DNA of 64,000 nt, from assembly GCA_030141605.1 (NCBI GenBank), contig JAQGDQ010002366.1, positions 989,079-1,053,078 on the forward strand. The letters are read 5' to 3'. The notes under the pieces were generated by a model. That model was not told where the DNA came from. It saw only the letters and a program-made list of their open reading frames with translations, and made no database searches. The translations under genes and the position numbers were made by a program. Numbering within the stretch: the first letter of the stretch is position 1; the number at the start of each line of letters is the position of its first letter. Positions 42,501-54,972 of the stretch are shown in pieces. Origin of the DNA: Tubiluchus corallicola. Lineage: Eukaryota > Animalia > Priapulida.

Positions 42501-45500
42501 ACATAAACTACATATTCAGCTTTGATATTACTTACGTCATTGAAAACATTCACATCTATATTATAGCTACCTACACGAGGATATACAAATTCGATAGATT
42601 GGTTACTCAAAGGCCCGGATCTGTACACAATATCTGAGGATTCGGTAATATTGTAAACAAACTGCTTAAACATCGAGTCTTGTGATAAGCGAACACTGAT
42701 TGTCGTTGAGATGTTAACGGGTACGTAACGTTTTGTGTAAATGTGTGCATTCTGTAGTTCATTTTGTACAACTATTGTACTGTCACTTACATGTTCTATA
42801 ACATCGTCACTATTATGTACTACTGAATGTACATTGAAGGTGCCTTCTGACAGGTATAAATGAAACACTTTTACATGGAGTTCACAGCCGATGCCATAGC
42901 TGGCTACAAGTTGCAGATCTGTTTCACTATGTGCAGCAAGAAAAGTTTTGTTGTCGTCACGCAGTTCATATGCCATCTGGACGCCGTCGCCGTAATCAAT
43001 GTCAAGATAAGAGTTCTGGCGTGCAGAAGTCAATACACTAAGTTCAAATGTAGCGACAGATTGACGTTTAATGACTGCAGGCTCAATGACAGACAAACTT
43101 AAATTTGAAAGAATTCTAGGCACAGCCACCTAAAAATATAAAAGAGAATAATTAATATGTGATACACAAAACATAATACCAATTTAGCAAAATTTACACA
43201 GTGGGCAACACATACTGAACAGTCTTAAAAAAGAAAAAGCTAGGTTTTGACATTAACTAAAGCAGATAAATTTGATCAAAACAACCACACTGCATCGACA
43301 AAATGCCACAAGGAGACATGAGACACAACAAAAAATTCTGTTGCCATTTATTACAAGTGCTAACTCTAGCTATCTTTTCCCATGAGCAACTCTAGTTTTA
43401 TAAAAATTAAACATATTTAATGGCCTATGTTGAGAAAAAATTCAAAGCAAAACATTAATGACAAAAAATATCAAATAATTAATGCAAACATTTTAAAAAA
43501 GAATTTTGCTTGCACAAACAACTCTGCTTACACTGTTAATAATGATAGTTATATGTTAATATAATTTAAGAGTAAATTAAAAAAACAAATTAAAAAAGAC
43601 AATACAAGTTATGATTATCTAACAGAAAAGTAGATTTATGAAAAATATGAGCATTTAAAACCTTAAAGACCAGGTATATAGGTGACAAACGATGACATTA
43701 TGAATTTCTTTTAATGCACCAGGAAAAAATCAAGGAGAGCCTATGATGTAGTGGTACAATGAAGTGTTGCTTGACGTATAAATTGAAAACTTTATTACAC
43801 ACACATATTTCATTCAATTATAATATAAAATTCAATAGCACTTACTGCCAACAAACATGCCACTATGTCACCAACTTAACAGATCTTATCAATTACACTT
43901 ATTATATTGAGACTGCTTCATGATAAATTATGAGAAGACAACCAAGATTCTCCAGATAAATTTCGGTGAAACTTTCTTCACCTATAGACATGAACTTTAA
44001 TGTATGACCAAGAAAATATTGTATCTTGCTGAAGCTATTATTGGGCTACTGCGTATAATAAAGCAACAATTCAGTAATCTTTGTGGCATGCCTGCATCAG
44101 GTTTTCCTTCCTAGCAAGCACAAAAACAATAAAACATATTTAAATTAAATGCATTTTAAGTTTTTTAATACATAAATGTAAATAAATGAAGACCGAAAGT
44201 ATTTCCTGGAAAAACATAATAAAAGCATTTGATATGATATCACATTACAATACTGAATAAGGCAAAAAATGAGCCGGAAGTGCACAGCAAAAGAGAAGTT
44301 TAATACTAGTTAACAACATAACATTTTTTTTGCTAATTATATCCCAAAATATGACTATTGTTGAAAATGTTTACTATGACTGAAAAAAAAGTTTTATGCT
44401 GGATTTATCAGATGCCTGGAAGTGCATATGCGATTTGCTTAATAGAAAAAAATCACTTCATATTGTTTTCAATAAACCCATTTATCAGGCCTGTGTTACT
44501 GTGCTATTGCACATTGGACCCTGCAAAAGCAGAAAAACTGGTCACTTCTCTAGTGGTTTTTCAGCAAGGACTTGCAGAAAAAAGATATGACCGAGGTGAA
44601 AGGGGATATCTGGTAGCGATATATTACTTCAAAGTGTAAGAGGTACAAAGTATTTAAAAAATATGTGCATGTCTGATAAAAACCCGTTTGTAATTTAATG
44701 AACAGCAACTAATTCGCAGCTGTTCATACCTGAATATGCAATTCCGGATGTGGCTCTACTATTTGGAAAAATATCAGATATAATAAATTAATTTCAAGAC
44801 AAATATATGTTAGAGTAAAACTTACTATGTAAAATGTTCTAGTCAATTCACCATAAATGTTGCTCACACTTAGCGTAAGTTCATGCAAACCCGATGTATC
44901 AAAGACATGCATGTGCTTGCTCACTAAACACGCCACTCCCCTACATTTAGAATCAATTCCTGGTCGAAATGATACGACCTGGCCACTTTTAAAGGACCAC
45001 AGAAATGTAACGTTAGCACCAGTTGCCACCGATGCCATCATTATTACCTACAAAATATTGATTTTATACAGTAGAGATTCACGAAATGCCTTCTGAGCAC
45101 TGAAATATTACCTACCAGCACATAGTTAAGAAAAAAAACCTAAGCTAATGTCACTATTCAAAGCGTTTCATTTCAATATGACCATTCAACTCAACTTGAA
45201 TTCAACAACAAACTTACACGAAGTGTGGAGAATATTTAAACTGATAATACTGAGCTTTCAGCATTTGACTATAGATTAGCACAAGTAGGCGACGAATAAA
45301 TATAGCATGATTTTCAGATTATGCTAGAATTTGAGTTGATGGAATACACAATTAGAAATATATTAGCACTTAGAGTTACAAGTTATAGACTATTTTCATT
45401 TTAGGTTTATTACTATATGTAACACTGTAACTGTTTATCCTCAACTAAGAAAACTAGAAAGAAAAAAATCTATTCACTAAAATAGAAAAGACAAATGATT

Positions 45501-48500
45501 TTACAACAGTTCATCATATAAAACTAATTATTGGTGATAGCAGTCTTGACCAATACGGCCATTCGAATCCAGCTATTATAACAATGTCGCTCATGCAAAA
45601 AACAGAAGGTGGCCTCAAGTTAAAATTGTGGAAAATTACATTACAGAGATGGACGGAGAATGAAATAGTAACTTTACTCGTGCTTACTTCTTCATTTGAA
45701 AAGACGGGCAATACACTTTCCGCGGATGGAAGTTGGATATCGGCTGGAATGCACGACGGTGAATCAGCCAAAGTTCCATTTATTTCAAGTTGCAACACTG
45801 AAGGTTCTGGAATGAGGACATGGATAACAGCTTCATCTCTTGCAAATGATATGCCATTTCCAGCCGAGAGCGTGATGTTGTAAGTGCCTGGAAGAGCAAA
45901 GGCATGAATGATGCGTGATCGCGCGTGAGTCTGATTGCCAACAAGTTGAGAAATCCGGCGTAGTTCAACATTGTCGAAATTCCATATGAAATTCACATCG
46001 GTTCCAGCTATAACAAATAAAGCGTTTTTAAGCATATCAGAATTAACATTTCACATGAAACGATTCTGATTGTTCGTAATAAAAAACCCAAAAGGCAAAC
46101 AAAAAGCTCATTATTAGATATTATCTTTCAATTTCTGGAGGTGGCAAATCTTAACAGTTTGAGATCAACGGATTAGAAAAGAATAGTACCTAATGCAAGA
46201 TTACAGCAATATTACTTACTAATACACTTTTGAGCTCACCATTAACATTTTTAGTAATGCTATTAATTACATTACTACTAATATTGTTCTGCAAAGAATG
46301 CAACTTCTCTAAAATCCATTGAGCTTAGCTTTTGCCAAAAAAGATAGTTTGATACACGCTGAGATGCTTTACAGATAAACTGGTATAACTACACACATAA
46401 CGTTTTAAAGTTATTTTGACAACTAAATTTCTTGTAAGATCGATTTTTAATAAATCATGTAAAAATGAATTTTCAACCTTTAGTGTTACTATGATTAGAT
46501 GCTAGCAATGAAATTCCTTCAAGCACAGTCTGCTGCCCCATAAATACTTTCAAGTTCCCACGAATTTTCAAGTCTCTTATGTACGGACCGCGACTTAGGT
46601 ACACTGACCAGGCATCTTTTCCACCACACGTCAAATTTGAGTCTTGAAACAGGGGTGTTTCACATCTGAAAAAAACAATTTTGTGAATTTATCTACACGT
46701 ACATATACAGATTGATGTACTAAATCACTACAGACAATGTCATTTTAAAAATAAGGCACAATGGTATAAATGACAATAAACTTACTAGCAGACTAATTTA
46801 AAGTAGAACTGATAAGCATCATTTGAAGAATACAATTCAAATCTCAAAATTTGGAAACTAAAGTCAAAGTCCAATAAAAATATGCCCAGAAAAAATTATT
46901 TGCAATGTGTGCAGTCTATGGAATTCAGTTTTAATTTGTTACTTGGGTACAATGCAACACCACAGCATGGCAGTTTTATCAGCCAAGTAACCATAGAACA
47001 ATTACTTCAAATCTAAAATTATTTAATAGATAACTTTAAAATAGTTCTGGCTGAACAGCACAAGAAATGACATTGCTGGAGTTCAATGAACATAGGTTTA
47101 TTGCACTAACAAAAGTATTTTTACATTTTTCAATCACAACCACAAAAAATGTGTAGTAGTATTGTTTTTAAATGCAAAAGCATGTAAGACTTTAAATGTA
47201 GTCTTCTTCTGGTCCTAAACTGTAGTGTGCCAAGAATCAATATACCTGCTACATCGCTTACATAGTTTTTTACATAGTTTGATTCTCTACAAGCTGGAAT
47301 TAGTCATTCAAGGGCACAGCCTAATCAACGTAGTCAGGGATGTTACCGAAACTGAAATTACAAACTGAAACCGAAATTTACGATGCATAGGAAGCCGATA
47401 CCAAAACGAAACTAAACAGAAATCATTTTTGCAAAACCAACTACTATTAAAACCAAAAAGATTCTGAAATAAATAAAATACTTATAGTTAGAACACCACA
47501 ACCTTATTAAAACTTTTAATTTACATGTTTAAAAATCATACCAAACATTTCGATAGAGCTACTGTTGTCAGTATCAGTGGTAAATTTTTACAAATGTACA
47601 ACCAGTTTATATAGGCACAGCCTACAGTATAGAACACTATGTGCTAATTAATTATTTAACAGAAGCAAAATAGGTAATGAAAAAGTAGACCAGTGGCAAA
47701 TTTTATTTTGCAAATATTTTGTTACTTATATTTCATAAATTATAAAGTTAAATTTGGTTTTTCAAATTATGCTTTGGTATTTTGCAGATTGTGCCTGGAG
47801 ACCTTAAAGCTTCACAGTCGTTAGCATTGAAGATATGCAGCATTGCCATAAAAAGCATGCTACAAATGGTACAAAAAGTTAAAGAAACAATAATATAGCT
47901 TTATTAATTTAACTATTTTTCAGTGATTTTTAACATCTAAGAGAGAAAGGGTAAACTAGAAAAATACTGCTAAAACCTCGAAAAAATGCTACCAAAAATT
48001 ATCGAAAATTTTGGCTATGAAACTAAGTAATTTTCGATGAAAACTAAACTTAACCAAAAGTGCAATTATCAGCAAACCAAAACAAAATTTTCCTTTCGGT
48101 AACATCCCTGACATAGATGAGAGTGACAAGACTGGAATGCCCAGTTATAGTAGATTAGCAATGAACAATGAGTATAGTGATATCAGGCAGCTGGCAAATA
48201 ATTTAATACAAACATGTACCCATAACTGGCAGTTGTCATGTTAAATTTTAAAAATGTACCTTTGAACACAGAAGTCATTTATCAAAGAACTGTTACCAAT
48301 ACTTTGCACACAACTGCATTCATTAATGCCTGTCACAGCTGCATATTCCACATTATGATTAAGACAGAATTTGGCACATGATACTGGAAGCAGTTCTACA
48401 TCTGATACAACCCTCTCTGCATAACGTAATCTTTCTGTATCTGAAATACACAAATTCCATGGTTTTTCACATTTAAAGTGCTTACCATAAAATTAAGAAG

Positions 48501-49537
48501 GCATCAAAGCCTACAATTTACCCACATTGTGTGCTAAAATAAGTTGGCCTCCTTATTGTATACATGTTAAGCATTCAAGTAAGCAGATAAATTGCAACTT
48601 ATTTAATTAGTTCTAATTATCAAAATATAACTAGCAGAACAACTACTGTAAGGGCACTCTGCTACTCAATGCGCCATTAGTACCACCTTCACATGGCCTT
48701 GAGCTATGATGCGCAGCTCCTCCTTGTGCAGTCGCAGTACTTGCTGACTGTGCAATTGTACTAAATTATGTAATCAGCGATCTACCTAACACAGCTAACT
48801 GTAGTGTAGCAGTTACTGTCATTTCACCCAACAAATACAATATGAATTTGCCATTAACGAAACTTTTTTTATAGAAGAAAATGCATGAGGACAGTTTACG
48901 ACTACAAGAATCCTAAAAATGCTGCCCTTATATATGGTTCATTTACAAAATTTAGTTTTGGTGGCTTGGCACTATGTAAAACAGGTCATCATTAGTTCAT
49001 TGTTAAAAAAAATAAATAAACGGTCCTCTCTCATATGCCTTTTGAAACTGTCAACTGATGAAGCACTGATGGGTGATAATGGTGGACAAAGACATCGTTG
49101 TAATAATAAAGTGTTCATTTTCTTACATCTTTTGGTTAGTGTCCGTCTATTGCCCTACTACTACTACTAGTACTAGTACTACACAACAAAACAATACTCA
49201 CACTAAATGAAATGGACACTCCCACGCATACTTAATTTACATTTATATCAGCAGATAACAGTAAGACAGTGAAATGTAGCTTTCACATATAGAAACAAAG
49301 AAAAACAACGCACTGATAGTAGCACTGCTAGCGTACTAATACTACTACTACTACTAGTACTAGGTTAAGTGACAACCTTGGGCATATCTAGCTGTTCAAA
49401 TAGTCTAGAAGTGAAAATAATCGTATACCTGAGAACCCATTTTCTTTACATCCTTGATACCATGATGTGATTACGTCAAATTTGGTACTAAAAGCACAAA
49501 CAAGAAAAAAGAAACGCAATGTCGAATATAAAAGCAT
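18177..49537 (-). CDS. Polycystin-1 family (PKD1/PKD1L1-like) receptor-channel, 20 exons, ~4198 aa
   Basis: Exons 49537-49429, 48440-48260, 46665-46478, 46007-45688, 45047-44826, 43129-40043, 39461-39265, 38133-37761, 36458-35699, 35340-34880, 34127-33839, 32695-32389, 32017-30146, 29286-29079, 28251-28086, 26927-26663, 26221-26026, 25412-25225, 22542-22339, 21180-18177 (12597 nt, all phases compatible). Signal peptide MLLYSTLRFFFLVCAFS; WSC (YQGC...CAKFC...ECSC...CGG...SVY); PKD repeats (WDFGE/WSFGD/FDYGDG); REJ; GPS (CSCNHLTAFG); PLAT (TGSRKGAGTTAKV, WHNNAG, SPSWYL); RIQRLSCC; TOP and channel region (WLDAQT...EFSLYNAPTNLF). Confidence 0.9.
23600..25205 (+). mobile_element. 5'-truncated CR1/L2-group LINE (RT region, 3' UTR, microsatellite tail) in polycystin intron 18, antisense to the gene
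   Basis: ILMDLSKAFDCL, GIPQVSLTGPVLFNCFIND, YADD, KLLG and FSYYGATLWNELP; one frameshift near 24040; AATAAA followed by an (ATCTC)n tail. 5' boundary approximate. Confidence 0.92.
25081..25200 (+). repeat. Compound pentanucleotide microsatellite (ATCTC)n/(ACCTC)n
   Basis: 24 tandem 5-mers directly after AATAAATATT. Confidence 0.95.
26222..26662 (-). other. GC-AG intron (intron 16) of the polycystin gene
   Basis: Donor AAG|GCAAGT is the local site giving the phase 2 needed to read the conserved RIQR|LSCC. Confidence 0.75.
28661..28704 (+). repeat. Short degenerate (CCCTAA)n telomere-like tract
   Basis: ccctaa ccttaa ccctac cccaa ccctaa ctctaa ccgtaa. Confidence 0.6.
29338..29535. mobile_element. 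Tc1/mariner-type MITE (~200 bp)
   Basis: TA|CAGTCAACCCTCATTATA ... TATAAAGAGGTTTGACCG|TA imperfect TIRs with TA flanks; internal TAACGCCAA repeats. Confidence 0.75.
32726..33168. mobile_element. hAT-like MITE (~440 bp)
   Basis: TAGTGAGGGGAGATT / AATCGCCCATCACTA TIRs (13/15 match) with GTAAT(C/T)G subterminal motifs. Confidence 0.6.
34325..34640. mobile_element. Internally deleted copy 2 of the TAGGGATGT/ACGATA element
   Basis: TAGGGATGTCAAACGATACAAATTT...ATAAAAACAATAGTGAAGTTA aligns by eye with 12589-12730, and 34590-34635 aligns with ~13500-13550. Confidence 0.6.
36478..36551. repeat. (AT)n/(AC)n microsatellite; a similar (AT)n tract lies at ~35387-35460
   Basis: Dinucleotide runs directly visible. 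Confidence 0.9.
37018..37502. repeat. Nested foldback element: outer ~76-bp inverted arms with hammerhead-like motif, inner ~66-bp inverted arms
   Basis: 37018-37093 is an imperfect reverse complement of 37427-37502; 37137-37202 is an imperfect reverse complement of 37221-37286. Confidence 0.85.
37036..37074 (-). ncRNA. Putative minimal type I hammerhead ribozyme variant (U3-A8 core)
   Basis: Minus strand GCA-UUGAAAA-U-GACAG-UUG-CUAUC-GAAA-CGAUCG-UC^UGC: 3-bp stem I, stem II with one mismatch, GAAA, palindromic ACGAUCGU stem III region and GUC cleavage triplet. Confidence 0.4.
47335..48110. mobile_element. hAT-like MITE (776 bp) in polycystin intron 2
   Basis: Perfect 17-bp TIR CAGGGATGTTACCGAAA / TTTCGGTAACATCCCTG; AAAC(C/T)(G/A)AAA subterminal repeats; no clear TSD. 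Confidence 0.8.
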
Positions 49538-52500
49538 TTTTACACGAAAGTTACATAGTGTCCATTTTTAGTAGTGCTGCCATCAGACGGCGGACGCCCA
49601 CCGCAGTACGTACTACGTAGTAACATAAATATCTATGGTTGTATCACGGGAACTTAACAATAATAACGAAACTCGCATATTCTATTAAAATGTTCAATAT
49701 AATTTTTGTTGCAAATTCCCGATAGCTGTCTTCATATTAATAATATTCAACATTGAAAGAGAGAGCTGTGGCATATTGAGTCTCGTAAATAACCCCCTTG
49801 CGCCTCTTCCCTTTATAAGGGTGGTTGACTCGGTGTTCCTTGGTTTTTTCATCACTCAGACTCCCCTTGTGCATATTATTATTTTTTACTGGTTTTTGCA
49901 GTGAAAAAGATTAATAAATAAATAAATATTCTATTCTGTTTTATTGTACTCTCTACTATTGTATTCTCTTGCAAAAGTTTAAACTTTATAGAAAAAAACC
50001 TGAGTTTCTGTTATTCAGAAATCAATTAGATAAAAATTCATTATCTTAGAGGATCTAAATCAGTTTTAAATAAGCAATGGACATCTTGGCAGTGGGCACG
50101 CTGACAGTACACATGCTGAGTGCACAGCTGGGCAGTGGCATAAGCGCTGTAATCAGCAAAACGATCTTACAAAGGATGTCAACTGTCCTACCATAATATT
50201 GTACTGAAAACCCCTTTCACGCAAAATGTAAGTTTCTGTGCAAGCCAAGTTATCATCTGGCCTGTATAAAAGCGGTCACATCTGCTCTTTTGCTGGTCCA
50301 GTTAGTGTAATCCACGATGGTGCAAACCCTATTTCATCATTATTTTTGAATCAGCTTCATGTAATTTGCTAACAAAGGTATCATTTTTCTTACACATTCT
50401 GTTGTTTCGTGAATGGATGTTACAAGAGTTATAGACTGTTTGGCCTCCGCATCTGCTGGTACTGAACCAACCTGGATAGTTTTAGCCTATGTGGGCGAGG
50501 TACCAGTTCAATATCTATCTATATACCTAACTACCTACCTGCTGCCTACCTACTGTGGCTGTCTACCTACCTATGTGTCTTGACTGATTTCCCATTCTCC
50601 TACCCTACTAGTCTAGCAGCTACGGCTTTTAACACATGTTCATTGCCAAAGTATCCATTTGTTTGTTTTATGCACTTTTACAAATGTTTTAGATTTAAAT
50701 TGATTGCAGTTTTTGCGGAGACTGCACTGATATAAGTTACTCTGAAAGGATGAGTATGGATACATGATTTTATTGCAAAATGTTTTAAATTATGCTGCAC
50801 TATGTGCATGTATTTATTGTGTAATGTGATTATGACAATCATGCTTTACAGAAATATAATCTTGTAGCTATTTGTATAGATAGTATTTGATAATAATAGT
50901 ATTTCACTAAGAAAGTTCGTAGTAAAACTAAAAAAAAATTAAACCTCAAGTTTTCAGATTTGAAATTTCTTTCAGATGCTTGAAATCAATGAAATTAATC
51001 TAGATTTATAAAATACTCTCTAATTTTTTGTCACAAAATCATTGTATTACATAATGGCAAAAATTGTCACATATTGATGGTTACATGATGACGTAAAATT
51101 CATTACATGATGCTACATGATAAGGTTTTTACATAATGAACCTGAACAGTGCCAGTATGAGTTAATTAACCTAGATCCATTTATATACAGCAGTACTGAC
51201 TGTAGATAAAGTATTAAAAAAGATGGTATTGCAATTTTTTAAAAATTGGGGCGCATGAAAGTTATTTCAGTCCTGCATTGAGACTCTCGGCCGTAGTTGA
51301 CTGATAAAATGGCCAGGGTCTGGCAGCACCAGGCACAGTGAGTCAGCGACACTACAGTGCAGCAGCTGCTTAGATACGATTCTAGCATGTGTGTACTGTT
51401 TAGCAGAAAACGAAAAAATTATAATTTTTGCTTAAATTATATGAACATATCTTGTGTTCTTAACTGTCGGAACATTATAGCCAGGTGAGTGTCCACATTA
51501 TCGTATTGGCTTCACAACACCACAAAATATACAGTTTTGTTTCTGAAATACAGTTAATTTATAAATTGTGCGTAATTGGTGGCCCTATTAAAAGTCGTTA
51601 ATGTAGGGCGCGGAATACGGCACTAGCTGAAGTAGGACACTTCCGCTAAAGCGCGTGTGCTAAATTTGCGGAAAAGCAGTGTCGTACATGGGCAGCCCAA
51701 ATAGGGCACTGGGGATTTCTGTCGAAAATCAAGAATTATGATATAATAAAACATAATACTAAATTTATTTTACAAAAAAGTGAATTTATAATAATAACGG
51801 ATAGTCCTTGACAACTTACAAATGTATTTTTTTACAATAATATCATCATTATAATATTAGCTCCATTAGTATCATTGTAAAATTAAACTAAGTATCTAAT
51901 GCTCTAAAGAGAGAAACTATGCTGGTCACATTGCTCGCTACTCCATCTACTTAGTAAAAAACAATTATTTGTCCAAGAGGTAGTGAAACGGATCATGTGT
52001 CTGTGAAGCGAGACAAAATAAAAAATGATATACATTAAGCAGATGTCGGAATCATCTGAAAAGCGGGCTTATTTTAATTCAAAAAGATTAATATCGAAGC
52101 CAAATTTAATATTGGCTGTTCTACTAGCTCAGAATTAGATTAGATGTGCAGCTGGCCTGTTAGTATTATGGTCATGCAGGTCTATTGAGAAAATGGGACA
52201 GCTGGTGCGCATGGACTATAAGGCTGACTTACCTAAGATCTGTTATACACCCATGATCGCAAAACCCAAAAATTCGTAGATTGAAATATTTTTCCTTGAT
52301 AATTTTCATAGCAATGGCATAACCAACAGCATTTTCCTATAGTATTATAACTGCATGTTCTAAATATCCATCCCTAGTTTATCACAAGCGGCAAGACAGT
52401 TTTCTCCAATGGGAGGCACCTAATGGTAAGAATTTCAATCCGCGGAGGAATGGAAAAGAATGCACATTGTGCATTTATGTGAGCTACCAAATAACATATT

Positions 52501-54972
52501 TTAATTTATATGAAATAACATAGCTTACTCAAATTATGGCCTTATCATTCAAGCCAAAGTTCGGAATAGAAATTGAAGCTCATAGCATTCAGGCCAAAGC
52601 AGAAATAAAAACAGAAGCTCAATGGAGATTTTGAATTGCTACGCATTTGTTTTTACTCTCTTTTTTGTTAGTATTTAACAAAGCATTTGTCAACAACTTA
52701 TTTAAACATTACAACAAATGCAAGTTTCATGACCGATTCATTCAAATAATAATTTCTCTTTTCATTTTATTGCAATTAAAAATAAATTTGTCTTCATGAA
52801 TTGAAATTTGCTTCAATTATCACTCACACTATTGTAAGTTTATTAGATGATGATTTAAAATGGCAGATGAAATATGGAAACCAGGTATTGCAAGGACGTG
52901 TGATTTCCATTGACTTTTCTAATAAGTTGCATATAATATTTTTTTTAGTTTTTACATCTAAAGTTGTGTGTAAACAAGGAACTTGGTTTTGAAAAACATT
53001 TCGTCATCTTGTCCTAGAAATTGTCTTTGAAATATGGAGCATAAAAGCACAAACAGAAATAAATGCATTGTGTTTTTACTTTTATTTTGCCTTTTTGTTT
53101 TTTCTCTTGACAAATCAATAATATTCATGTAATCTAAGCTTAAACATTTGTTGTTTGCTGAGTTGTTTGTTGCTGGATAAATAAAATTTGAAATGCACAA
53201 TTTCAATAGCGCTAAATATTTTTGGTAATGGTAGCATCATCTCTAGTGAAATAAACACAGTCTAACTGAACTGTTGTCTTTATGTCCTCTTTCGTAAGCA
53301 TCCCACTATATAAAAAATTTTGTTACGTTTTTATTAAAATAATCGACCTTTTCACTGCATACTAGCAGTCATCTTCAGAAAAAAATATATAGTTCATTTA
53401 GTATGAAATGGATATTGTTCTTGCTATATAAAATTTAAAAATTTAACATTATGTCTTTATTTTAAGTAATTTATAGTGTCATTTTATATGTATTAAGAAA
53501 GTGACTGGTTTTACTATAGGAACAGATTTCTCAAAATTTAATATATTGTTGGCAAAGAGATCCAGGGTTCAAATCTGGATCAATCAAACCATATTGCAGA
53601 TGTTGTTGTTGTTGAGAAATCGACTGAGAAGTGTAAAAAGTTAAAACGTAAAGTTTAAGTGAGAACTAGCCAGAATATTTCCCGCATTCCTCATGCTGAT
53701 TATAACTAGGGAACAGGTGCTTAGGTGGTAAATGCACCTGTCCATCTGCCAAATGAACCTGGATTTAATGAGTGTACTATCAAATGTCAATAGTTTAGAT
53801 ATTTTTTCTGTTAAGAAATTTATCTTACTTGTTTACATGAAACATCATATTTATAATTTAATAAAATTTGTAATTTAAAGCAAGAGAATATGGTATATTC
53901 TAGTGCAACTAAGGAGCAATTTATATTGGATGAAAGGTATTCATGACATCTGGGTCTAAACAGTAAACAAATGAAAATTTTTGATATCTATTACCCATCA
54001 TTTAGTTTCTACATATAATATAAGTATTGTGTGAAATCTCTGCACTACCGGTGGCTATTTTGTATGTATACATACATGTAAATAGTGTTATTGCTTATTT
54101 AACTTAACTAACTATTAAGTAAATGGATGTGTAGAAATTACAAATAGAGACATTATATATAACAGCTGAGTGGTCACAGTGTTTGGGAATTAAGCAATCA
54201 ATGTCAGCAAAAGCCTGGCCAGGTTGATAAATAGACAGTAGCCACCAAAATCGCTTCTGAGTTCATTTGCAAACTCCCCCTAAGGAAGATTTATATGGTT
54301 AAATGTGGTTAAAACCCTAAATCAGTTTAGTTTAGCTGATTTTGATTCACATGTATTGCAGGTTATAAAGGCATCTGCTATGAAAAGAACATTGATGAAT
54401 GAGCTCCAAGTCCCTGTTTACATGGTGCAACATGTATGTTTCGATGTCACACTTTCCTGTAATTGCACATGTATGTATTTCAGGTTATGCAAATCCTGGA
54501 TATGTGACCACCGGAAAATTACTTTGGTGTTTGTTTGTAATACTGCCTCCAGGCATAGAGGGAAGATTATTTATGCCAAAATGTGGTTAAGACATTTGGG
54601 TACCACTGCTGATTCAGCACATGTCATCTTAGAAGATTATTGGGACAATAAGCTAAATTAAGGGCAATCCAGTCATGCAATATCCATGAAAATAAGTTAA
54701 GCAATAGTAAGTGCTGAACACTGACATGCAACCTGTCAAATTGTTTAGAAAACGAAAAATATATTAACAATCTTTTTGCCTGAACTGTTTTCATGAATTT
54801 ACTATTTCATTACATTTCAGTCATTATTTTGTAGAATCATTAACAGTTACTGAGTGCTTAAACGTATAATGCTTCCAATGCCAGCTTACCATAGAAGAAG
54901 GAAAAGAAGAATTTTTGTAAATGACTTGTATGTAAAGATGCTACATTATTATGATAAACAAGTTATTTTGCA

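Noticed and set aside
44730-44760. Possible micro-exon ending CAG|GTATGA in polycystin intron 5
   Set aside because: Exon 5 joins exon 6 in phase without it, and the candidate acceptors break the frame.
48484-48570. ATG|GTAAGC donor suggesting a nearer first coding exon
   Set aside because: The required frame has a TAA just upstream; 49537-49429 provides a proper signal peptide and WSC start.
53560-53770. GGTTCAAATC B-box-like and A-box-like motifs suggesting a tRNA
   Set aside because: No cloverleaf can be built; at most a decayed tRNA-derived SINE.
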